From positions 1 to 64,000 of IMG/VR virus record IMGVR_UViG_3300008121_000001: DNA of 64,000 nucleotides; one strand, 5' to 3'. The notes under the pieces are model-generated. The model did not search any database, had not been told where the DNA came from, and saw nothing but the letters and a program-made list of their open reading frames with translations. The position numbers and the translations under genes were made by a program. The stretch comes from a virus. This document shows, piece by piece, positions 10,135-19,984 of this stretch (within the stretch, counting starts at the first letter, position 1; each line of letters opens with the position of its first letter).

Positions 10135-10346
10135 ACCAAAAAATCGTTGCAGGGTTACTTAAAGTTGGCGCTAACCAATTACAGGAAAGCTACCCCTCGG
10201 TAACTACTGAAAATATTACAACCGACCCAATCTACAAAGAGTTTTTTGCCACTTCCCTTAAAGAAGCTCCCCGATTTGAAAAAGAAATTAATTTCCTTCT
10301 CGAAGAAATCAAGAAATCACCAAGCATTTTGGATGTTGTGACATGA
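10131..10346 (+). CDS. Hypothetical protein
   Basis: ATGA overlap. Confidence 0.55.
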   Translation: MNQKIVAGLLKVGANQLQESYPSVTTENITTDPIYKEFFATSLKEAPRFEKEINFLLEEIKKSPSILDVVT

Positions 10347-10501
10347 CTAAAGCTAAAGGTTTTGGCAAACGCAGGTGGGGCGGTAAGCCCCGTCTTGACC
10401 CTCGCGTAGTTAATATTATCCAATCTAGAGTTGAAGCTGGCGAAGCGCCGCCTACTGTCTTGGAGATGATGGCTAAAATTTATCAAATTATCGAGGTGTA
10501 A
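10343..10501 (+). CDS. Small protein with KGFG motif (52 aa)
   Basis: Manual translation MTKAKGFGKRRWGGKPRLD...; ATGA overlap. Confidence 0.55.
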   Translation: MTKAKGFGKRRWGGKPRLDPRVVNIIQSRVEAGEAPPTVLEMMAKIYQIIEV

Positions 10502-10503
10502 TC

Positions 10504-10689
10504 GTGGAAAAATTCGATACAATCGAAGTCTCAATTAAGTCTGGAGAAGTTCTTGCGTTTATGGCAGAGAGCAAGACTAAAAGGAATGCCGAGGCAGTAA
10601 GAGATATGGCTGTATACCGCAGAGGTGTGGAAGAGAGCTTTTTTGCTGTTGTTGATTCTGGGAAATATAAAATTGGAGATACCTATTAA
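10504..10689 (+). CDS. Small hypothetical protein (paralog of 14001 and 15073)
   Basis: DTIEV...GEVL...VVDSGKYKIGD. Confidence 0.6.
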   Translation: MEKFDTIEVSIKSGEVLAFMAESKTKRNAEAVRDMAVYRRGVEESFFAVVDSGKYKIGDTY

Positions 10690-11273
10690 TGACCTACAGA
10701 CTTAATGTTTGCTTGTTTTCACCCATTTTCGAGAAAAGCTTCGGGTTGACTAGTTTTGCCAAAGACTATGAGGCATTAATTGCTCAGATAGATAACTCTG
10801 AGTATATGCAATGTTTCAGGAGTGACATTATAAACAAGAAGCTATATAAGCTTTTTTGCAAGTTGTCTCACTTTTTCGATGATTTCAACTTCTTCATCAA
10901 CGAGAGTGTACGCACAAGAACTGAACACGACTCAAAGCAATCGGTTGATAGACGTTTGCACGACTTCATTCGGCGCGTTGAGAGCATGAAAATTCCTCAG
11001 CAGATTCAAAATACTATTGCGGGTTTCTTGAAAATGCAGAGGGCAAAAGTTGCACTTGCTGCTACTAAGGAAAATCAGCGACTAATCCGAAACGAGGAGG
11101 TCAGAAAAAGACTTATTATGACCACACAAATACTTCAGACTTGGAGTAAATTCCCTGACTTAAGACTGGGGCAACTGATTTCCAATTCTCTTCCTGAAGG
11201 TACTGACATTTTCTATGTAAGTGATGGTAAATTGATTGAACTACTCAAAATTTTTGAGGCAAACAATGGCTAG
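10689..11273 (+). CDS. Hypothetical protein
   Basis: C-terminal W.KFPDLRLGQLI motif common in small phage proteins. Confidence 0.6.
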   Translation: MTYRLNVCLFSPIFEKSFGLTSFAKDYEALIAQIDNSEYMQCFRSDIINKKLYKLFCKLSHFFDDFNFFINESVRTRTEHDSKQSVDRRLHDFIRRVESMKIPQQIQNTIAGFLKMQRAKVALAATKENQRLIRNEEVRKRLIMTTQILQTWSKFPDLRLGQLISNSLPEGTDIFYVSDGKLIELLKIFEANNG

Positions 11274-11919
11274 TATATCTTCTCTCATCGTGTGGCAAAA
11301 ATGTGTAGCTGACTCGCTACTTGCAAGACTAGAAGCAATCGACCCTCACTGTATCATTGCAGGTGGCGCTCCTAGAGATTGGTATTTAGGTCGGCTAGCT
11401 AAAGATTTGGATATTTACCTCTATGTGCCTCAAAACTCCTTGTTAAGGCACTTCAAGACGCAACTGGCAGCTATTGGCATCACCGAAATTGAGCAATCCA
11501 CACTTTCGGCGGATGATGCAAGATACATTAGTAATCCGTTGGTTCGATGGGTTCTCAACTATGAAGAGAACGGTGAGAATATTCAGTTGATTGTAATGAA
11601 AGAGTCAACATATACTAGCGTTGTGCAACACTTTCCACTTTCAATTTGCAAAGTTTGGTATAAAGGCGGTAAAATCATCCCCTACTCTCGGCAATTCACT
11701 GAGACAACCGACCGCAAAGCAATCGTAAAAACTGGAACCGAGTATTCCTCTGATGGCTGGTACATCGACAAGATTCGTGACAAATTCCCTGAGTTCACTT
11801 ACTACGAATCAATGATGGAGTTTGCTGTAGCGCATAATTTACCTACAGAAATTAGGCAACAAGCAGGTTCGGACTACCTATACTTCCCTACACTTTATAT
11901 GATTGGTGGAGCAATTTAA
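11266..11919 (+). CDS. tRNA nucleotidyltransferase / poly(A) polymerase head-domain protein
   Basis: IIAGGAPRD...KDLDI class II nucleotidyltransferase motif A. Confidence 0.75.
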   Translation: MASISSLIVWQKCVADSLLARLEAIDPHCIIAGGAPRDWYLGRLAKDLDIYLYVPQNSLLRHFKTQLAAIGITEIEQSTLSADDARYISNPLVRWVLNYEENGENIQLIVMKESTYTSVVQHFPLSICKVWYKGGKIIPYSRQFTETTDRKAIVKTGTEYSSDGWYIDKIRDKFPEFTYYESMMEFAVAHNLPTEIRQQAGSDYLYFPTLYMIGGAI

Positions 11920-11920
11920 T

Positions 11921-12196
11921 ATGGATTTCCTTCTCTGCAAAGAAAAACATCTGCACTTTCAAGCTCTACAAATGTGGGCGAACTATTTGGAAACTGGCGA
12001 CCCAATCATATCTGCTGATACTGCTGTAAAGTGTGGGCAACAAGAGGATGTGAGGGTGCTGAGCGATGACCAAAAGCGATTGGTGCTACGACTCCGAGAT
12101 GAAGCTGGATTGACATTACAACACGGTTTGGCTGCCAGACCTCACCCTGAAGATTTTACTATACACTTCCCTATTAAACGTGAGAGTAGTCTATGA
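11921..12196 (+). CDS. Hypothetical protein
   Basis: ORF; ALQMWANYLETG motif. Confidence 0.55.
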   Translation: MDFLLCKEKHLHFQALQMWANYLETGDPIISADTAVKCGQQEDVRVLSDDQKRLVLRLRDEAGLTLQHGLAARPHPEDFTIHFPIKRESSL

Positions 12197-12370
12197 AACT
12201 CTACATATTCTTTTCTGCCCTCGCTGCGCTGTTTCTGAAGTTGGCACACGATATTCTTCCTGAAGTTCGCTTCGAGTTCCAAATCGATTGGTACTGGTTC
12301 TGGGCGCTTCTTATTGTTGATGCATGGATTATCTACTCAGTTGTTTTCTTTCTACCTCAAGGGGGATGAC

Positions 12371-12649
12371 ATGGAGTTTGATTTTTCTCAACTCGAAAAT
12401 TATGTTGCACCAATTGCAAATAATTGCAGATGGTTTGTTCAGTGGAACTCATACACCTACGACAAATCTTCCCCTCAGTATGGGCAGTGGCAAGACGCTA
12501 AAAACTGGAATACTGGAAGGTTTGGCTCAGATGAGTTTGGTGGTCACACTTCAGAAATCATGGCTCATGCATATGCTGCTGAAGCTAGACGATGGGGCGA
12601 CAACTTTACAGATGCGAAGTACCGTGTAGTTAAGCGAGAGCTTAAATGA
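12371..12649 (+). CDS. Hypothetical protein
   Basis: GGGGG RBS before MEFDF. Confidence 0.55.
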   Translation: MEFDFSQLENYVAPIANNCRWFVQWNSYTYDKSSPQYGQWQDAKNWNTGRFGSDEFGGHTSEIMAHAYAAEARRWGDNFTDAKYRVVKRELK

Positions 12650-12650
12650 T

Positions 12651-12872
12651 ATGCCTGAAGGTATTGACTGTGACTATCGATATGCCATAGAGTACTTACT
12701 TGGTGACGGTAAAACCTACTCCCACGCAACTAAGTACAATCAGGAATTTGAGCAGCACGACTACACGAAAGCTATCGAGGTTCTAGGTCAAGCTAGAGCA
12801 GATTTTCCTCACATCAGGTATATATTATTCATGTATACAACTCGAATTGTAAAAGAAGCTATAGAGGTTTGA
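12651..12872 (+). CDS. Hypothetical protein
   Basis: Packed ORF. Confidence 0.55.
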   Translation: MPEGIDCDYRYAIEYLLGDGKTYSHATKYNQEFEQHDYTKAIEVLGQARADFPHIRYILFMYTTRIVKEAIEV

Positions 12873-12873
12873 A

Positions 12874-13098
12874 ATGGTTGAAGGTGTTTTGATTTTGGTA
12901 GGTATCACTTCCTACGTCAGTATTGCACAAATTTGTTCGTTGGAAAATCATGGCTCAGAATACTCTAGAAGAACTCTTTTTATATTTTTCTTGTTTTTTG
13001 GATGGGCAGTTTATCCTTATAGAGTTGTTTACAAATTCTGGGAGTGTCTGCTAGGTTTGCCAGAACAAATTAAAAGAACGGAGCAGAAAAAGAAATGA
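12874..13098 (+). CDS. Hypothetical membrane protein
   Basis: Hydrophobic segments; GAGGT RBS. Confidence 0.5.
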   Translation: MVEGVLILVGITSYVSIAQICSLENHGSEYSRRTLFIFFLFFGWAVYPYRVVYKFWECLLGLPEQIKRTEQKKK

Positions 13099-13532
13099 TA
13101 AATGAAATCAAGTTGCGTGAATTGTTTGAAGAAAAGTTGAAAAGTGTAGACCCTCGGATACATTTTTTGACAGTGATATATCGATGGAACTTTTTCGAGT
13201 GGTTCAAGTTTGGTTTTGAGGCTGCTTATCCTCCTATGTCGATTCTGAAAGTAGCTGACCCGTTGACACCTGAGAAGCGCCAAGCATTACTGAAGCAGTT
13301 GAAAGATACAGGGTTTCATAGTGGTCGCATTGTTGCCGAGCCAGATAGTAAATTAATTTTTGTGTACTCTTGGCGTTCGGCGCAACAAAGGACTATGATA
13401 ATTCTTGCTGATTCTAGAGAGGAAGCTGACACTATTTTTGACGACCAGTTTGAAGAGGCTGATTTACCAACTTTTTACGTCACTCAACTGTTTGTCGATG
13501 GCGGCGACTCCACAATTATTTACAACAACTGA
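13095..13532 (+). CDS. Hypothetical protein
   Basis: ATGA overlap. Confidence 0.6.
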   Translation: MINEIKLRELFEEKLKSVDPRIHFLTVIYRWNFFEWFKFGFEAAYPPMSILKVADPLTPEKRQALLKQLKDTGFHSGRIVAEPDSKLIFVYSWRSAQQRTMIILADSREEADTIFDDQFEEADLPTFYVTQLFVDGGDSTIIYNN

Positions 13533-13533
13533 A

Positions 13534-13998
13534 ATGAACATCTTCGTACTTCACGAAAATCCAATCGAAGCAGCGCGTCTTGTTCCAGTCAAAGTAGCGA
13601 GTAAGATGGCTCTTGAAGCTGCACAAATGCTTGCAGTCGCTTGCGCTCATCACGGTCTGGCACTACCACATAAAAAAGATGGCAACGAGTATTCCCGCAA
13701 AAATCACCAACATCATCCTTGTACCAAATGGGTTTGTAAATCTCTCTCAAATATGTCTTGGACAGTTCATTACGGCTTAGAACTTTGCCGTCTACATAGG
13801 GAGCATTTCAACCATCTTCCTGCCCACACAAACGCTCTTACCGAAGTGGCACAACAACTTTGGCAACTCAAAGGAGAGTGGACTACTCACACACCATTTC
13901 ATTTAGAGATGCCTGACGAGTTCAAGACTGATGATGTAGTCGAGAGTTATCGAGCTTATATTAAAACGAAACCATATTATGTAGAAGAGGAAGTGTAG
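13534..13998 (+). CDS. Pyrimidine-dimer DNA glycosylase / DenV-like protein
   Basis: MNIFVL, KM.LE.AQML, HHPCT.W and V.SYR.Y motifs. Confidence 0.75.
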   Translation: MNIFVLHENPIEAARLVPVKVASKMALEAAQMLAVACAHHGLALPHKKDGNEYSRKNHQHHPCTKWVCKSLSNMSWTVHYGLELCRLHREHFNHLPAHTNALTEVAQQLWQLKGEWTTHTPFHLEMPDEFKTDDVVESYRAYIKTKPYYVEEEV

Positions 13999-14000
13999 CT

Positions 14001-14195
14001 ATGTCATTACAAACCTACGACACAATTCAAGTCTCTTTGACAACTAGCGAAGTCCTCTCCGTTTTAGCTGTAAATTTAGAAGAGTGGAAAGCAAGAGCTA
14101 TTAGAAATAATGCAGTAATGCGAGATGTTTCAGGTCTACTACTTGTCGTCGAGTCTGGCAAATATAGAATCGGAGATATATATAGCAATGAGTAA
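14001..14195 (+). CDS. Small hypothetical protein (paralog of 10504)
   Basis: DTIQV...SEVL...VVESGKYRIGD. Confidence 0.6.
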   Translation: MSLQTYDTIQVSLTTSEVLSVLAVNLEEWKARAIRNNAVMRDVSGLLLVVESGKYRIGDIYSNE

Positions 14196-14505
14196 TGAAA
14201 TTTGTCATGTAGACGGTTCATGCCCTTTTGCTTGTAGCGAGGCAAGCGATATCGCACAGAACTACGGATGTCTTCCGACTGCATACGACATCAAGATTAT
14301 GCGTCTCCAATACGGTAAAACTTGGGCTTGCCACTCAGATACCTCCAAGCCTTGCCAAGGTGCTTTGCAGCATTTAAAACGCAATGGTGAAGATGCTTCA
14401 GTGATTGACCCGCAGTTGATTACAGAAGCGAGTGAGTGGGGTGAAATTATCAAACCGAGTGAAGATACGAAACAGTACATTAGAAATAAACATTGGCGCT
14501 ATTAG
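14188..14505 (+). CDS. Cys-rich conserved phage protein
   Basis: CPF..., NYGCLP, WACH...C.G. Confidence 0.6.
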   Translation: MSNEICHVDGSCPFACSEASDIAQNYGCLPTAYDIKIMRLQYGKTWACHSDTSKPCQGALQHLKRNGEDASVIDPQLITEASEWGEIIKPSEDTKQYIRNKHWRY

Positions 14506-14506
14506 T

Positions 14507-15076
14507 ATGTTTCCAGAACCAGACAGCATTCTTTCCTCATCTGTTTCCCTAGTCATTGATAACCATCACTGGTTTCGTCAGACTCACGGTGACAATATCA
14601 CTTGGATTCCGATGTTCGCAGATTATTACTATGCCTATCGCGCAGTAGAAAAGCAGTGGTGGTACGTTGACGAGGAGAAGAAATTCAAAGTCGATGCAGT
14701 ACCAGATACTGAAATTATCTACTGGAATCTTGTAATTCCTAAGCAAGAGCCATCACTCCCAAAACCTGAAGTTGATTTTCAAATCATTACTCCTGCCTAC
14801 TGTCGAAAAATTTCCAACATTCAGTACTACAATTTTGCTTGTAGGCATAAAGGGGTTTATTGGGTGAGACATTGGGAATTATTTAGAGGCAATGTTAATT
14901 TTGTTCGTTGGCACTCCTCTGAAACCTCAGTAGAATATTTCTTTTCACTGAACGATAAATTCCAAAATGTTTGGCACACTAAGTCTGAGCCCGAAGCAGA
15001 GTTTGTTGAGATTAAAGAGATTCCAGATATTGAATTACAATACCAAGCAATTTATCAGGAGACGAAAAAGCCGTGA
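14507..15076 (+). CDS. Hypothetical protein
   Basis: Likely start MFPEPD. Confidence 0.55.
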   Translation: MFPEPDSILSSSVSLVIDNHHWFRQTHGDNITWIPMFADYYYAYRAVEKQWWYVDEEKKFKVDAVPDTEIIYWNLVIPKQEPSLPKPEVDFQIITPAYCRKISNIQYYNFACRHKGVYWVRHWELFRGNVNFVRWHSSETSVEYFFSLNDKFQNVWHTKSEPEAEFVEIKEIPDIELQYQAIYQETKKP

Positions 15077-15330
15077 ACTACGATGTAATCGAGGTAAATT
15101 GGGATAGCACTTTAGTCACTAAAGTATATCTAAAAAATGCCTCTAAAGGTTTAGCAGAGTTATTCCAACGTACAAGAATGGCTCCTCAAAATCACTTTCT
15201 TAAAGTAGCTCCCACTGGTAAATTTCAGGTTGGTGAAACTACTATAGAATTTGACCAAAATAATACTTATTGTAAATACCCTTTTAATTGGCAAACTTAC
15301 TATTATGAAAAACACTTACGACCAGCTTGA
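15073..15330 (+). CDS. Small hypothetical protein (distant paralog of 10504)
   Basis: YDVIEV...TGKFQVGE. Confidence 0.5.
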   Translation: MNYDVIEVNWDSTLVTKVYLKNASKGLAELFQRTRMAPQNHFLKVAPTGKFQVGETTIEFDQNNTYCKYPFNWQTYYYEKHLRPA

Positions 15331-15631
15331 GTTCTGCCAAGTCGAACAAGTGCCAATCACTACGCCGAAGAAAATCCACATCATTCGCTCCGAGCAGCAA
15401 GGTGCGTTCAAGGTTGTTCTTAGCTCCAGAGATGCAGCTAAAATCGTCTCTGAGCTTCAGAAGGGTAATCCTAGTACTTTGTCAGCTTACATGAGCTTTG
15501 GCGGCACTAATGACACAAAAACGTCAGTGCTGAGTGATTGCAAAGAGTATTCACTTCATGGTGATTGGATTGAAGATAATGTGGCTGTTCGGGAATACTT
15601 GAACTCTCAACTAAACATTTTGGTAAATTAA
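15305..15631 (+). CDS. Hypothetical protein
   Basis: Packed ORF. Confidence 0.55.
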   Translation: MKNTYDQLEFCQVEQVPITTPKKIHIIRSEQQGAFKVVLSSRDAAKIVSELQKGNPSTLSAYMSFGGTNDTKTSVLSDCKEYSLHGDWIEDNVAVREYLNSQLNILVN

Positions 15632-15997
15632 ATGGAAATTCTGAAGACCATTACAACTGTAAATGCTGGCGGGTTATTTGACCAACTCCGTCGTTATGAA
15701 TATCCCAGTGGAACTATCGATTGGGTAACTCTTTCACCTCGTAAACAATATACAATCCGAGACGGTGAGTGGACTTTATTTAACGAAACCACATGGCAAT
15801 ATGAGCCGCTTACCGAGCCTACACCAACTTGGGAACAAGAGTACCAAGAAGCACTTTTGGCGCAGTATCCGTTTGAAAAACGTGTGCGTGAGATTGCAGA
15901 GCAGAATGTCGGTGTTGGTGAAGTGACATTTGCTTTGGCGCGAGATTTTAATTTCGTGGAACTGGTTAAAGAATATTTTAAGAAATTACCGAGGTAA
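15632..15997 (+). CDS. Hypothetical protein
   Basis: Abuts previous stop. Confidence 0.6.
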   Translation: MEILKTITTVNAGGLFDQLRRYEYPSGTIDWVTLSPRKQYTIRDGEWTLFNETTWQYEPLTEPTPTWEQEYQEALLAQYPFEKRVREIAEQNVGVGEVTFALARDFNFVELVKEYFKKLPR

Positions 15998-16201
15998 CAT
16001 GAGAACAGACGAAGAGTTAAAAGCGATGGATATTATTCGTCGTGCTGCTGCCCTTATAGGGAAGCCGAACCTCCACGACAATGTTCCCCTAGAGCTAGTG
16101 ACAATCGATAATAAAAAGATTATCATCGAGTACAGTTCAGAGACAAAGCAGCTAGTCATTAAGGCTGGTAAAAACACATTGAAATCTACATTGGTGAATT
16201 A

Positions 16202-16621
16202 ATGAAAGTACACTACCTACACGTAATTGTAATCGACCACGACCACTTAGGAGCCGACGAAGTTGAGCGTACTTTAGAAGATGCCAACTACCCAAACGAT
16301 TGCATTGCTCCTAACGTAATCAAGTCTCAAAGTGTTGAAATTGGGGATTGGGATGACGATAATCCGTTGAACCACAGCGACACTCAAGCTGCTGAAGTTG
16401 CCCGACTGTTTAGTGCTTGGCAACCGATTGAAACTGCGCCTAAAGATGGTACGGTATTTCTAGGTTATAAGCTTTTTCTAGGTGGAAGCTATTATCCTGT
16501 ACCGATGCAGTTCTTAAAAGAATATGACCAGTTTGTAAATATTGCAGATGGGTATGCGGTATTTGTTTGTGATGTCTCTCATTGGATGCCGTTACTGAAT
16601 CCTCCTCAAGCCAGATGCTAA
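16202..16621 (+). CDS. Protein with C-terminal DUF551-like domain
   Basis: WQPIETAPKDGT...SHWMPL. Confidence 0.7.
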   Translation: MKVHYLHVIVIDHDHLGADEVERTLEDANYPNDCIAPNVIKSQSVEIGDWDDDNPLNHSDTQAAEVARLFSAWQPIETAPKDGTVFLGYKLFLGGSYYPVPMQFLKEYDQFVNIADGYAVFVCDVSHWMPLLNPPQARC

Positions 16622-17002
16622 ACTGAGCAAACTTACCTATCATTATTTGCAATGAATACGACCAAAAAATACGTTGTTGACGACATCACCGCACAAACGA
16701 TTTTCAAGACTATTCAAAAGCATCAAGTCACTCGTCGAGAGTGCATTCTCGCATCTCAGTATTGCCCCACTATCCACAGGAATCTTATATGGTTAGTCGC
16801 TTAATCAATTGGCTCTTTCGCCGTCACACTGTCTCGTACAAGCTGCATCACATTGAGCGCTTGATTGCAGAAAAGAAGTACATGGAAGCTAGCATAGCCG
16901 CACATTTGGCACTGCAAAAGTTTCCCGCACATCCCGAAATTCTCGCACTTCAAGCACAAGCTAAACAAGGATTTTCTTCATACTTATACTCTGAGGTCAG
17001 CA

Positions 17003-17575
17003 ATGCACAATTTTGAAATCTGGTATGCAATCAAGAACGCCAACAAGTATCTGTCTTTCACTAGAAGCAAAAACGATATTGCACATCATGCTTACGATGG
17101 TTTTGCAATTACAGAACTAGCTGTCTCGGTACTTGAAAAACGCGATTCTCCTGCCACAAACTATGTCGCATTAATCGAGAACGACAAGATTGCCGCGATT
17201 ATGGATTTCGAGTTAGCATTTCATCTTTACGATGACTTGACAAACATTTATCCTGTTGTTGTCGAGCCAATTGTTCGCTGCCAAAGATGCGAGATTGCTT
17301 ATATCGGCGGCGTATTCCATTGGAGCTACAAGTTTCAACCTACAACTCCTGAAGCAGTGCTGGCAAAAGTCTGCATTCCGACTGCGGGACATGGCGACAA
17401 GCAAGACATCCCTTGCCTTTCTAAGTTACTGTACGAATCTGATTTAGGCTTACTGCAAAAAACACCCGCAGAGTTGACCGACTTTGTTCGTGCTAATAAC
17501 AACGCGATTGAGTTTGATTTACCTGATGAAGAATACTATTTGGAAATGGTGAGGGAGATATTAGATTCACTATGA
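17003..17575 (+). CDS. Hypothetical protein
   Basis: GAGGT RBS. Confidence 0.6.
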   Translation: MHNFEIWYAIKNANKYLSFTRSKNDIAHHAYDGFAITELAVSVLEKRDSPATNYVALIENDKIAAIMDFELAFHLYDDLTNIYPVVVEPIVRCQRCEIAYIGGVFHWSYKFQPTTPEAVLAKVCIPTAGHGDKQDIPCLSKLLYESDLGLLQKTPAELTDFVRANNNAIEFDLPDEEYYLEMVREILDSL

Positions 17576-17746
17576 GCAACTTTAAATTCGAGGTCGGGCA
17601 ACGTGTTCGCTTTGATACACAAGCAAGCATCTACGAGGTGTACTCACGCTTCGCGCCAGATGAAGGCTCAGAGCATCAATACTACCTGAAGAGTGCAACT
17701 ACACCTAGCTATTTACAATGGGCGCTAGAGAGCGATTTAAGCGAGG

Positions 17747-18241
17747 TTATTTAGATTTCTTGGGTTCGTAACGTTTTTCGCCAGTTTTGAATCTCTTATC
17801 GTTTTCGAGTACACCATCAGCGCTTGCCCTACTCAAGTCTCGCGCCCCATCTTTTTCATAATTTGCTTTACCTTCTTTTCTGTAGCGGTCAGCGATTTCC
17901 TTTGTAGGGTCGCTGGCTCCTGCCGTCGCTCTTGGCTTGCGAGGCTCGACATACTTCAATGTGGTGTCCTTAGCAGTCTTCTCTCGTTCTGCCGCTTTGT
18001 TGGCTGCGTTTTTCTCGCTGAGAGCTTTGTTGGCACGTTGTTTGGCTTCAGATGCGCCTTTACCTAAATCGGTGTAGCTGGCGTTTTTCTTGGGGTCAGT
18101 CCAAGCTTTCTTGCTGGCGATGTCCTTCACGGCTCCTACAGTTGTTTTGATATCTGCTTTGGCGCGAGTTAACCAACGGTCGAGATTACCTAAAGCAAAG
18201 TCAGCTTCGAGAGGCGAGTTCATGTGGCGGAAGTCTGTCAT
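17747..18241 (-). CDS. Isolated minus-strand Ala/Lys-rich protein, putative virion internal protein
   Basis: Low-complexity charged helix; N-terminal ADFAL; extended -10 TGATACAAT and A-rich leader. Confidence 0.55.
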   Translation of the reverse strand: MTDFRHMNSPLEADFALGNLDRWLTRAKADIKTTVGAVKDIASKKAWTDPKKNASYTDLGKGASEAKQRANKALSEKNAANKAAEREKTAKDTTLKYVEPRKPRATAGASDPTKEIADRYRKEGKANYEKDGARDLSRASADGVLENDKRFKTGEKRYEPKKSK

Positions 18242-18300
18242 AGGGATGATGCAATTTTTGTTATTTTATTTTATTGTATCAGGATTAGCGAGAGGTACTT

Positions 18301-18678
18301 ATGTCTAATTACCAAATCAACACCAGAATCGAAAAACTTCGAGCTACAGGCAATTCACAAGAATTTCTAGATGCTCTTCATTGCCTTGAGTTAGCTATTA
18401 AAGACTTACTTGAGAATAATCCCACTTTCAAGTTTGCGGTGAGTCAAGAAGTCTGGTTTCTCAAGAATGATAAAGTTCAGAAAGGAAATGTGCGAGTTCG
18501 TCAGATTACTGAGAGCAGTGAAAAACTACGAGACGAAGTAGATTATTTCAATAGAAGTACAGATGACAAACTTATTATTGTATATTCTTTATCTGAATCT
18601 AAGACCGCAGACCCAAATTGGTTGCTCGATGAACGTACCCTATTTGCAAGTAAAGCTGACTTGTTGGAGTCACTGTAA
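18301..18678 (+). CDS. Hypothetical protein
   Basis: GAGGT RBS. Confidence 0.6.
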   Translation: MSNYQINTRIEKLRATGNSQEFLDALHCLELAIKDLLENNPTFKFAVSQEVWFLKNDKVQKGNVRVRQITESSEKLRDEVDYFNRSTDDKLIIVYSLSESKTADPNWLLDERTLFASKADLLESL

Positions 18679-19088
18679 TGTTAATTGTAGGACATCTCAA
18701 AGAACGTCAACTTGATTCAGATATTCGCTGTGACCGAGCAACTGCGCTTGGCAACCCTTTTGATTTAGTCAATGAAGAATTTCGTGACGAAGTTTGTGAT
18801 GCTCATGAAGCTTACTTAAAACTAGTAATCAGACGTTACAATGCTGGTATGCGCGACCAATATGTTGACCCTAGGGAGATTAGTAAAACACTACCAATCT
18901 CGAAAGTCTGGAAAACCCCCTCAACTAAAGATATTGTTTTTAAGTTGCATCAACTTGTCCCTTTATATAAAGAGAAAAAAGTATATCGAGTAAGGTGTTG
19001 GTGTCGTCGAAGTGACGCTACCGAACTTGTACCTCGATGTCATTTAGATACAGTCGTTCGATGCGTAAAATATTGGAGTGAAAAATAA
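18678..19088 (+). CDS. DUF4326-like protein
   Basis: DR...LGNPF...RDEVC, CWC...RCH motifs. Confidence 0.7.
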   Translation: MLIVGHLKERQLDSDIRCDRATALGNPFDLVNEEFRDEVCDAHEAYLKLVIRRYNAGMRDQYVDPREISKTLPISKVWKTPSTKDIVFKLHQLVPLYKEKKVYRVRCWCRRSDATELVPRCHLDTVVRCVKYWSEK

Positions 19089-19532
19089 GTGTCAGCAATT
19101 AATTTCCTTGGAGATGAAGAGGTGTATGGTGAGATTATCAAGGGATGGAATCTTGTAAGACTGGTGAAGCCGACCAATTACAAAGCTCCTAAAGGTTTTT
19201 CTAGTTACTCTCAGCACTATTCAACACTACATAATAATGTACATATGTTTTGGGGAGATTGGGGTTTAACTAGACTTAATGACCCAGATTTTATTTTTAG
19301 GTTTGACCCCCTACCTAAAACTAGTCGCTCCAAGAAATATTCGGAACGATTACGGCATTATTCTGAATGCTTAACAAGTAATGTAGAAATTGGTTATAGC
19401 TTAATGCACTCTTGTCTTGAAGCTGGCTACAACCCCCAAAAACTGCGTCTTGCAGAGTGGTTGATGGACAGAATGTACCAGCATTTGAAAAAGTCGGATT
19501 GGAAACCTACCCATACTTACCCAATGCGATGA
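19089..19532 (+). CDS. Hypothetical protein
   Basis: Packed ORF. Confidence 0.55.
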   Translation: MSAINFLGDEEVYGEIIKGWNLVRLVKPTNYKAPKGFSSYSQHYSTLHNNVHMFWGDWGLTRLNDPDFIFRFDPLPKTSRSKKYSERLRHYSECLTSNVEIGYSLMHSCLEAGYNPQKLRLAEWLMDRMYQHLKKSDWKPTHTYPMR

Positions 19533-19984
19533 GTCATAAAAACAACAATTACAGGCGTTTTCGCACGTCATTTAACCCAAGAGGAAGACACCAAAAACCT
19601 GAAGGTAAACGCGGAAGTCACAGATTAAAACGCTTAGCTTGGCGCGAAGAAATTGCTATGTTAGTTGAAGAGAATCGACTCGAAAAAATTAATAGCATCG
19701 AAGACTTAGTACTTGCGCTGGTAAAAGCTGGATACAAAGTCAGTAAAGCCAAGAAGGACTTTCATTATAAATTCGAGAATGATAATATTATCGGGCTGTT
19801 TGGTGGCGAGGGAGACTATCCGATGTCACCTTACACTGAAAACAAAATTTGTGCTGCCATTCGTGCTACTTTTAACAAGTGGTCACAAGCCGAAATTCTT
19901 GACCTAGAGTTTTTAGGTAAAGACGCTGAAGTAGTGTTGATGGCATTGAAAGAACTTGAACACAGTGATTGGGTGAATCCATGA
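19529..19984 (+). CDS. Hypothetical protein, basic N-terminus
   Basis: ATGA overlap. Confidence 0.5.
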   Translation: MSHKNNNYRRFRTSFNPRGRHQKPEGKRGSHRLKRLAWREEIAMLVEENRLEKINSIEDLVLALVKAGYKVSKAKKDFHYKFENDNIIGLFGGEGDYPMSPYTENKICAAIRATFNKWSQAEILDLEFLGKDAEVVLMALKELEHSDWVNP

